Assembly (NCBI GenBank): GCA_964411345.1
Contig: CAYPKP010000002.1
Coordinates: forward strand, 67,312 to 131,311
Reading direction: 5' to 3'
Length of the DNA: 64,000 nt
Source: an uncultured Rikenella sp.
GTDB taxonomy: Bacteria; Bacteroidota; Bacteroidia; Bacteroidales; VadinHA17
The translations under genes and the position numbers were made by a program. This document shows, piece after piece, positions 18,101 to 24,908 of the stretch (its first letter is position 1; each line of letters starts with the position of its first letter). The notes under the pieces were generated by a model. That model searched no databases. It saw only the letters and a program-made list of their open reading frames with translations, and was not told where the DNA came from.

Positions 18101-18644
18101 GTATGCCATCCAGGAGACGTACCCTGACCGGCTCCCCGGTAATGTTTACAAGCCTTGATTTGCGGACGAATCCGTATTTGTCACTCGTATACCACCCGTA
18201 TTGAAATTCCAGTCCCAGATCCAGGTTTCTCTCCAGAAAGACGATCTTGTTGCCGTGGGTACTTTTTAGCAGGCTCCGCTCTCTGCGGTACATGTTCCCC
18301 AGCTCTTTGGAGAACGGCTGCCAGAGGAAGGTGTCTGCACCTCTCTGGGCCAGGATAACGGTTTTGCTTCCCGTCAGGCCGCAGTAGTCATGAATTTTAT
18401 CATCAGTGTAGTACGGGAAGAGAGCATGATCACGGTCTTTTCTTCCCGCTGTCAGTGATCCGTTACTCGAAATAAACAACCAGTGATCGGAGTCACTGAC
18501 CACCGTCATGAAGAAATCCGGCATCTGGTCATAGCCGGCTATACGGTAAAACTCTTCGCCTTCAATATCTGTGAAGCTGCCCCGGACTATTTCATCCGGA
18601 TCAATCAGGACACTCTGGCCCAGCTGTATCTTCTCTCTTTCCAT
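15180..18644 (-). CDS. large cytoplasmic GH94-clan glycan phosphorylase-like protein (candidate beta-1,3-glucan phosphorylase, GH149/GH161-like)
   Basis: 1154 aa with no signal peptide. GNWRDIFQNWEAL and RPEWNDANNAL resemble, from memory, the RDxxQD and DWND catalytic-region motifs of GH94-type (alpha/alpha)6 phosphorylases. Size and context (MFS, GH17, GH16, GH30, GH3) fit what is described for GH149. The CDS is secure; the product assignment is inference. Confidence 0.5.
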   Translation of the reverse strand: MEREKIQLGQSVLIDPDEIVRGSFTDIEGEEFYRIAGYDQMPDFFMTVVSDSDHWLFISSNGSLTAGRKDRDHALFPYYTDDKIHDYCGLTGSKTVILAQRGADTFLWQPFSKELGNMYRRERSLLKSTHGNKIVFLERNLDLGLEFQYGWYTSDKYGFVRKSRLVNITGEPVRVRLLDGILNILPAGADYNFQNEYSNLLDGYKKSELIEDTKLGLFMLSSIPVDKAEPSESLIATTVWSCGLKENKVLLSDRQVDRFKKGNPVQTETDIRATRGAYLLHTDILMEGHHPEEWIMVCEVDQGSADVANLDRFLRDEKHIVELVEADISKGTDRLVSFVASADGMQKSSDDLCTARHFSNTLFNIMRGGIYLNNYSVNVEDLLNFIGKSDKRIMAEAESLLPAKGAEITLQEMNHRARQSGNPGLIRIFSEYLPLTFSRRHGDPSRPWNQFSIDSRNEDGTPKFDFQGNWRDIFQNWEALSISFPEFIESIISKFLNATTPDGYNPYRITRNGIDWEAPDPDDPWAYIGYWGDHQIIYLQKLAELSDMYHPGKIGRMLANEHFAYANVPYRIKPYADIVRDPKNTIDFDKELNAGISARVEDIGSDGRLLSIDGKTVYHVNLAEKILVLLLAKLVNFIPEAGIWLNTQRPEWNDANNALVGNGASMVTLCYLRRFLHFWQNIINRSDLSSVEVSEEVKGLFDSVLGILEERVSLLKEGFSDRERRRFADAMGEAGTRYRRTVYGHAFSGRKAPVNMKQLSRFLGLTLEYADESIRRNRRDDGLYHSYNLVSFDSGDTVTVRHLYKMLEGQVAVLSAGYLTSAEALEVLDALRQSDLFRSDQYSYLLYPDRQLTRFTEKNNIPAARVEESELLSRLVADGETSVVVRDKAGTVHFHRSFRNAGLLESALGSLDARSYGKLVQKEKSLVLKIYEEVFDHQSFTGRSGTFYAYEGLGSIYWHMVSKLLLAAQECFFRSIDEGAGSEISAGLRDHYYDIKAGIGVHKPPEKYGAFPTDAYSHTPGNSGARQPGMTGQVKEDFISRMRELGVVVETGRVRFDTSLLNYDELHDCDGQFTYTSVSGRSENLGLTASQIAFTFCQVPVVYTPGERNETEVVFYDGRVVRAEGAALDHQCSNMIFNRTGEIKHVIVTVKPHS

Positions 18645-19638
18645 AATGATTCAGATAATTGCTGAATGATGGTTTTGGCCGGCGGTTTTCGTAATAGACA
18701 CCCCAGTGTTTTTCCACTTCATCCGGTTCTGAACTGTCTCCTCCTCCCTTCCACGGTTCATCAAACGCCTCAAAGAGGAAGGTGGTTACCCGGTGTTTTA
18801 CTATCCAGTCGTGCAGTTGGATCAGATACTGTTCCTGGGCATCCAGGCCTACTGCACCCCTGATTAGGGAAGCCTGCTCTCCGGGCCCGGTCTTGCTGGC
18901 ATTGTAGCTCGTTGCCCAGCCCGCCTCTCCGATTATATTTACCTTGCCGGGATGCATCGCCAGAACCTCCCTGAAATATACCCTGTCCATCCATTCAATG
19001 GCAGTATCCAGTTCAATGCCGTTCCACATGGCATACATATGTGTGACAATAAAGTCTATCTCATCAGCCACCTTCTTACTGTCAAATGTAATCCAAAAAC
19101 TGTAATCATCGGCTGTGGCTACCGGTACCGTGGTACTATTTCTGACAAGCCTGATATACCGGATTAAATCCTGCTGGTCCATTCTGTGGGCTGACCAGGT
19201 TACCTGCGTCTCATTTCCCACGCTCACGGCAGTGACAATGTCAGGATATTCATTTGCCAGTTCGATCCCCTTCATGGCCTGTGCGATGTTTTCCTCTCTC
19301 CGCCCGGGCAGCCCGGTTTCATTCTCCAGCCAGACACCCAGCATCACCTTTATGGGAAGATGCTTCCTCCTGATAACCTTCAGTATTCTGGCAGAGTCAT
19401 CATCAGAGCCGTAAAGCCTGATCAGGTTCCAGTGATTCTGAATTATCAGCAGGTCCTCCTCTATCTCAGTGGCCGAGGGGCCTTTTACGCCGGGCGCCTG
19501 ACCTCTGCGGTAACAGCCGTAGGAGACCGCTTCTCCTACCCATCTGCCTTTCAGACAGGGCTCGAATCTGCGAACTGCAAAGGGATCCTGCCTTGCAAAG
19601 GAGGATCCCGAATTACGAACCGGAGAGTTCTTGTTCAT
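18601..19638 (-). CDS. glycoside hydrolase family 17 (beta-1,3-glucanase/transglycosylase), no signal peptide
   Basis: GH17 motifs VSVGNETQV (acid/base Glu) and IGEAGWATS (nucleophile Glu). The N terminus MNKNSPVRNSGSSFARQDPFAVRR has no hydrophobic segment. Its 3' end overlaps the next gene's start by 44 nt. Confidence 0.8.
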   Translation of the reverse strand: MNKNSPVRNSGSSFARQDPFAVRRFEPCLKGRWVGEAVSYGCYRRGQAPGVKGPSATEIEEDLLIIQNHWNLIRLYGSDDDSARILKVIRRKHLPIKVMLGVWLENETGLPGRREENIAQAMKGIELANEYPDIVTAVSVGNETQVTWSAHRMDQQDLIRYIRLVRNSTTVPVATADDYSFWITFDSKKVADEIDFIVTHMYAMWNGIELDTAIEWMDRVYFREVLAMHPGKVNIIGEAGWATSYNASKTGPGEQASLIRGAVGLDAQEQYLIQLHDWIVKHRVTTFLFEAFDEPWKGGGDSSEPDEVEKHWGVYYENRRPKPSFSNYLNHYGKREDTAGPECPD

Positions 19639-19664
19639 GAAAAAAGGATCTTATGAAAGGAAAA

Positions 19665-21329
19665 CTAAAGCTGCACCCGCACCGTCTGGACAGAATTTGC
19701 AACAATGGTTATGTCAGCATACTGATCCTCTATCTGAAGCTTGTACGAAATATCTCTCTTCGTCGTATTCAACAGCTGCACACTCAGAACATTGTCAGCA
19801 TTAAGGGTGGCACATGCATGCAGGTCGTCTTCGCCCAGTCCTGCACCGTTATTGTATGTCTGCACTGCCCTGTCTCCCGGCCTGATCGTTTTGCTGAACT
19901 GGGCCAGCACGTAATATACGGGTGTATAGTAAATATGGCCTGTATCAGTGTTTATCATTATCGGGGCACCGCAGAAGTTGCCCACGTGATTCGGTCCGCC
20001 TGCATGGTCAAGCACAACGTTCCAGTCGATCCAGCCAGCCAGCCAGTGATCAATACTGACAATTATGTTCCTTGCATAACGGTGTACCGGAGTATATGCC
20101 GGATGGTCTTCGGCCGTGACTCCCGCCCAGGTTGCTGAATAAGCCCAGTCCGTGGCATTGTCGTTCCACCAGAACAAATCATTGTCAAACCAATCCTTCT
20201 CCATGAAACGGTCCGGATCGGTAATGCCCTGGGGAGCCGGTTTGCCCAGGTCATCGATACAGCCTTCAGTATGTATGATCTTCTTATCCGGGAACTTTGC
20301 ATTGACGGTTTCAAAGACATCTTCATAAACCCGGAATGTACTCTCGTACCAGTGAACCGCTGTGCCGTATACATATTCAGATGTCTCGCCATCGGCCAGT
20401 ATCACATCTGTCCAGTCCTCAATACCGTCCCTGTTCTGGTCGTAGATGAGCAACCTCACCTCAGCATTGTCTCCTGATTTCAGTTTCGGCCCCAGGTAGT
20501 TCCTGACAAACGCATTCTGGGTCTCAGGCGTGAAATGCATGCTCTCCCACTGACCGTTGTTGCCGTGCGGTTCATTGACGGGTGTAATGCCCCAGATATC
20601 CACTCCCTCGGATCTGTATTCGTCAAGGTATCTTACAAGATAGTCGGCATAGGCCTCCTCGTACTCTTTCCTGAGACTGCCACCGGTTCCCTGGTAGTTG
20701 TTTTCCGGGGAGCCCTTTATATACCAGTCATCAATATCCTTCATCCAGGGCGGGGCAGTCCATGCAGATGCCACTATCCTCAACTCCTTGTCATCCTGCT
20801 GTTTCTTGATATCCATGGCCTCCCTGATCATGGGCAGCAGATCATAGTCTTCATCCTTTATCCCGGGAAATTCATCCTTGCCGAATCCCTCTTTGTCAGG
20901 TGCGATGCTGAACGACTCCAGCCTGACATCTCCCTCCCTGTCGAGGTATGAATATTTCCCCTTGACAGAAAAGTCACATGCCCCTATATGAGTTCTTGTC
21001 AGTGAAAAGTTTGCTCCCTCCTCACCGAATATCCTTCTCATGACCTCCAGGCGTTCAGCCGGGTCGAGATGTGCAAGTACAAAGGCCGAGGACTCAGTAA
21101 AGGACGAACCGATCCCGTCCATTGTCTGTTTAAGGACATCAGGTTCTATCCGGATAACGGTGCCCGTGGGTTCTCCCCTGACAAAGTTCACATTATCCTT
21201 AACAGCTATTTTGTCACCGCTCTCCGAGGTGACGTAAATCTCTTTCGTCTTCAACAGACCGGGGTCACATGATTGCATAACGGCTGCTAAGATAAACAGT
21301 AGTGAAAAAAAGTAAATTTTGTGTTTCAT
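19665..21329 (-). CDS. glycoside hydrolase family 30 lipoprotein
   Basis: Trimmed to ATG 21329 (cat 21327-21329), giving MKHKIYFFSLLFILAAVMQSCD (lipobox). GH30 signatures SAWTAPPWMK, ITPVNEP and IIHTEGC. Confidence 0.8.
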   Translation of the reverse strand: MKHKIYFFSLLFILAAVMQSCDPGLLKTKEIYVTSESGDKIAVKDNVNFVRGEPTGTVIRIEPDVLKQTMDGIGSSFTESSAFVLAHLDPAERLEVMRRIFGEEGANFSLTRTHIGACDFSVKGKYSYLDREGDVRLESFSIAPDKEGFGKDEFPGIKDEDYDLLPMIREAMDIKKQQDDKELRIVASAWTAPPWMKDIDDWYIKGSPENNYQGTGGSLRKEYEEAYADYLVRYLDEYRSEGVDIWGITPVNEPHGNNGQWESMHFTPETQNAFVRNYLGPKLKSGDNAEVRLLIYDQNRDGIEDWTDVILADGETSEYVYGTAVHWYESTFRVYEDVFETVNAKFPDKKIIHTEGCIDDLGKPAPQGITDPDRFMEKDWFDNDLFWWNDNATDWAYSATWAGVTAEDHPAYTPVHRYARNIIVSIDHWLAGWIDWNVVLDHAGGPNHVGNFCGAPIMINTDTGHIYYTPVYYVLAQFSKTIRPGDRAVQTYNNGAGLGEDDLHACATLNADNVLSVQLLNTTKRDISYKLQIEDQYADITIVANSVQTVRVQL

Positions 21330-21376
21330 GACAGATGAATTCAAAATGCCGGCAATAGCTCCGGACGTTTCAGTGA

Positions 21377-22264
21377 TCATACATATTTCAGGTTCCCGTC
21401 CTTGTCCCAGATACCCCAGAAGGCTCCCACATCTCCTTCCTTTTCAATCTTCCAGGCTTCGTCAAAGCTGGAGAAATACATAATCTCGATTTTCTCCTGC
21501 AGGCTCCACTTCTGTGTGTTGATGAAATACCGGAGGGCATTGTCCGTGGAAGGCTCAGATGCCCTGAAGGCCTTTCCCTTATCCGGCCATCCCGTCTCAC
21601 TGATAACCACCCTCTTTCCCCTGGCAGCCTGGATCACGCTGAAGTACATGTTTTTCATGTAGACCAGTGAATAGTCAATATGGCAGCCTTCCCAGAAGGG
21701 ATAGCAGTTGATGAACAGCACATCGCACGCTTCAGTGATTGCCGGCCTGTTGACAAATTCGTAATAGGCATCAACGTAACCCACACTGGCCTGCGGCACC
21801 TGCTGCTTAACCCTGTGAATATAGTCGAGCAATTCCTGCTCCGTCAGTTCACCGCGGTACAGGACTTCGTTTCCTACAGCCACGAGGTCCGCATCTCCTT
21901 GCCTTACGACCCTGATCAGGTTCTCTATCTCCTCTTCGTTATGTTCCCTGTCATCACCAAGCCATGCTCCAGCCATTACCTTAAGGCCATACTCCCTCGC
22001 AATCCGCGGAATATTTTCATGACCGTCGGTGCAGGAAAATGTCCTGATCCAGGAGGTATACGGTTTAATGATTTCCATCCTCTTCCGGATCTGTTCCTCA
22101 CTGACGATGCTGCCTGGTGCCTGACCCTCAACATAGGAGCTGAAACAGAGACCGTGAATCCCATTCTCAAGGAAATCCCTGAACAGCTTCTTCAGGTCGG
22201 CAGTTGATTTGTTGCTGAAGTCCTCTCCCGTGAGAGAGAGGTATTTGTCGCTTCTGTATGACAT
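21377..22264 (-). CDS. glycoside hydrolase family 17, no signal peptide
   Basis: VAVGNEVLY and VVISETGWPDKG are the GH17 acid/base and nucleophile motifs. The N terminus MSYRSDKYLSLTGEDFSNK has no signal peptide. Confidence 0.85.
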   Translation of the reverse strand: MSYRSDKYLSLTGEDFSNKSTADLKKLFRDFLENGIHGLCFSSYVEGQAPGSIVSEEQIRKRMEIIKPYTSWIRTFSCTDGHENIPRIAREYGLKVMAGAWLGDDREHNEEEIENLIRVVRQGDADLVAVGNEVLYRGELTEQELLDYIHRVKQQVPQASVGYVDAYYEFVNRPAITEACDVLFINCYPFWEGCHIDYSLVYMKNMYFSVIQAARGKRVVISETGWPDKGKAFRASEPSTDNALRYFINTQKWSLQEKIEIMYFSSFDEAWKIEKEGDVGAFWGIWDKDGNLKYV

Positions 22265-22457
22265 ATTATCTGGTTTTATCGTTATGACTGAAATATTGTT
22301 AAGTGTCTGTTACTGAAATCTTCTCTGAAGTTAAAATATTTTGTTATACCTTTTGGTCCCTGTCATCAACTGTTGATAATTTCATTTGGCTCTGACTGTA
22401 AGCCGGAGAAGATGACAGGCAAGCAATGCCGGCATGATCTGAGACCCGGCCCCGTGT

Positions 22458-23888
22458 CTAGAGCTCTCCCCTCCTGGCTACCAGCTCTGCCTTAATCTCC
22501 CTGGCCTTCTCTTCCGTGAGGTCATACTTCCACATCACCAGGATGGCCAGAAAGGCAGTGATTGCCGGAATCGCAATATCAGCAATCCTCAGTTTGGTCA
22601 GCGTCTCTGCAGCCTGAACGGCAGCATTCTGGTCAAATCCGACCAGTTTCAGCACGAGACCTCCCAGAACGAGGGCCAGTGCCTGTCCCAGCTTCACCAT
22701 CCACCAGTATATGGCGCCAAATGTTCCCTCCTTGCGGGGCATTCCGTTATTCAGTTCGTCAAGGTCGCACACGTCTGCCGTCATGCTCATCATCAGCGTA
22801 AACAAGCCTCCGATTCCGAATACCATAAGGGGAAGCGGCATGAATATCAGCCAGGGATTTACCGGGTTGAATCCCCACCATTTCAGAGAATAACCTATAA
22901 TTGAAATAAAGGTGGAGATAATAAATGCGTTTCGTTTACCCACCCTGTTGGAAATGGCGGAAATAACAGGAATCACGAGGAATGCGGTTATTATTGCCGA
23001 TACGGTGGAGAACCATGCCGGCCAGTTTCCTGCCAGACCATAGTCGCCCTTGAACATGTAAAATACAATGATGAAATAGCTGAACGACGCCACCAGCTGA
23101 AACCCGTTGAATACAAGAAAGGTTGCCGCACATAGCCTCATAAAAGGGATATTCTTTGATACCTGGGCGATCCCCTTGAAGAGACTCATGAGGTTGGAAA
23201 ACAGGGTTTTATAAGTAATCTTGACTCTGCCTTCCATTTTAGAGGCATCTATTCCCTTACAGAAAATCGCAGGCAGTATGCCAAGGACGACACAGACCCC
23301 TCCCACAATCATTGAGAGTTTATTGACTCCGATGGCCTGATTTTCAAACAGGTTTGGGTTTGCAATCAGCACCCAGAACCAGGGCACGATCATCCATGCC
23401 ACCTGGCCCAGAGTCTGGGAGAATGCCATCAGTCGTGTACGTTCATTGTAGTCTGACGTCATTTCGTAACCCAGTCCGATCAGGGGAGTGGAAAAGATGG
23501 TATTTCCTGTCAGGTAAATGAGTGAGAAAATCAGGAAATACCAGAAGTTGTACGTCTGGGAATTATCGGGAGAGAGCTGCCAAAGGACTGCGAACAGCAC
23601 CCCGCTCAGGATGGCTCCGGCAAAAATGTAGGGTCTTCTGCGGCCAAATTTCGACCTTGTGTTGTCGGAGATAAAACCCATAATAGGGTCTGTAATCGCA
23701 TCATAAAAACGTGGAAGTCCGCCAAGCAAGCCCGCCAGGAAGGGATCCATCCCGAAGGCAGTAAGTAAAAAGAACATAAAGACTCCAAGTGCTCCAGGCA
23801 GCAGGTTGTTAACCAGATGGCCGGCACCAAAAGCGGCTTTCTGAACAATGGGTACTTTGTCCTTAGCAGCTGTTACATAATGACTCAT
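22458..23888 (-). CDS. MFS-type glycoside-pentoside-hexuronide (GPH) family sugar:cation symporter
   Basis: About 12 predicted TM segments and the GPH hallmark DAITDPIMGFISDNTRSKFGRRRPYI after TM2. Confidence 0.85.
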   Translation of the reverse strand: MSHYVTAAKDKVPIVQKAAFGAGHLVNNLLPGALGVFMFFLLTAFGMDPFLAGLLGGLPRFYDAITDPIMGFISDNTRSKFGRRRPYIFAGAILSGVLFAVLWQLSPDNSQTYNFWYFLIFSLIYLTGNTIFSTPLIGLGYEMTSDYNERTRLMAFSQTLGQVAWMIVPWFWVLIANPNLFENQAIGVNKLSMIVGGVCVVLGILPAIFCKGIDASKMEGRVKITYKTLFSNLMSLFKGIAQVSKNIPFMRLCAATFLVFNGFQLVASFSYFIIVFYMFKGDYGLAGNWPAWFSTVSAIITAFLVIPVISAISNRVGKRNAFIISTFISIIGYSLKWWGFNPVNPWLIFMPLPLMVFGIGGLFTLMMSMTADVCDLDELNNGMPRKEGTFGAIYWWMVKLGQALALVLGGLVLKLVGFDQNAAVQAAETLTKLRIADIAIPAITAFLAILVMWKYDLTEEKAREIKAELVARRGEL

Positions 23889-24000
23889 AAGAATAAGATT
23901 ACGGTAAGACGTTCAACACTCAAGCCAATTCCGGGAAAACCCGGATATGCTGACCGCAAAAGCAAAGTCACTCTCCTCCGGGTCACCGCATAAAAATATT

Positions 24001-24813
24001 CTATTTATCGTTCACTTCGGTATATACCCTGACGTAATCAACATACATCGTCTGGGGAAACGGTGTATCGGAGGTCGGAAACCCAACATAATCACCGCCG
24101 ACAGCCACATTAAGAATTATGAAGAAAGGGTTATCGAAGACCCACTCACCTGTCAGATCACCGGGTTCAATAGCCTGATAAAGCACATCATCAACAAAAT
24201 AGTGTATGAAATTCTCGCCCCATTCTACTGCAAAAAGATGATAATCAACATCAAACCTGTTGTTTGCATACCCGTAGCTCTTTGTTATTGCGGCACCTCC
24301 CGAATAGCCGGGTCCGTGAACGCTGCCATGTATCAGGTTGGGTTGCTGACCGCGGTATTCCATGATATCAATCTCACCGCACTGTGGCCACGGATTGGTT
24401 TCGATGTCAGCACCCAGCATCCAGAAAGCCGGCCATATGCCAGGGCCCCACGGCAGTTTTATCCGGGCTTCAAAGCGACCGTAGGCCTGTTCAAATTTCC
24501 CCTGCGTCTTGATCCTTGCCGAGGTGAAGGTACCGCCGTTGTTGATTGCGGTAATTTTCAGCGATCCGTCAGCGACCACCACGTTCTGCGCATCGTTGGT
24601 GTAGGCTTGCAGTTCATTGTTGCCCCAGCCGCCTCCTCCGAGGTCAAATGCCCATTTTGATCCGTCAGGAGCTCCGTCGGTATCAAACTCATCCTGCCAG
24701 ACCAGCTGATATGTGCGATCCTCCAGTCCTGAGTTGTTCTCACAAGCTCCCAGCATGAAAAGAGCTGCCAGGAAGAGGATTCCCCTGATAATTAATAGAT
24801 TATTTGATTTCAT
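24001..24813 (-). CDS. glycoside hydrolase family 16 lipoprotein (laminarinase-type)
   Basis: Lipobox FMLGACENN. GH16 catalytic motif CGEIDIMEY, plus WPAFWMLG. Confidence 0.9.
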   Translation of the reverse strand: MKSNNLLIIRGILFLAALFMLGACENNSGLEDRTYQLVWQDEFDTDGAPDGSKWAFDLGGGGWGNNELQAYTNDAQNVVVADGSLKITAINNGGTFTSARIKTQGKFEQAYGRFEARIKLPWGPGIWPAFWMLGADIETNPWPQCGEIDIMEYRGQQPNLIHGSVHGPGYSGGAAITKSYGYANNRFDVDYHLFAVEWGENFIHYFVDDVLYQAIEPGDLTGEWVFDNPFFIILNVAVGGDYVGFPTSDTPFPQTMYVDYVRVYTEVNDK

Positions 24814-24908
24814 TCTTAATGGTTTTACCTGTTTGTGAATCTTGTTTCTCAGATAAGCTGAGGCCTCAGTGTTCAGGATGTTGATGCTGAAGCCTCAGCC
24901 AATCAGGG

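Noticed and set aside
21330-21380. 17-codon N-terminal extension of the GH30 ORF that would overlap the upstream GH17 stop
   Set aside because: The internal ATG 21329 yields a canonical lipoprotein signal (MKHKIYFF...MQSCD). The extension (MITETSGAIAGILNSSV) would bury the signal peptide.
23930-23945. Small hairpin tccggg-aaaa-cccgga between GH16 and the MFS gene as a terminator
   Set aside because: The stem is only 6 bp and no T-run follows on the minus strand, so there is insufficient evidence that it separates transcription units.
23947-24660. 237-aa plus-strand ORF
   Set aside because: Antisense to the GH16 lipoprotein gene (24001..24813). No signal or motif content.
24857-24899. Palindromic gctgaggcctcag ... 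gctgaagcctcagc pair in the 95-nt spacer before GH16
   Set aside because: These are real inverted repeats that could form hairpins, but they are short, lack a T-tract and have no comparative support. Noted only; not called as a terminator or regulatory RNA.
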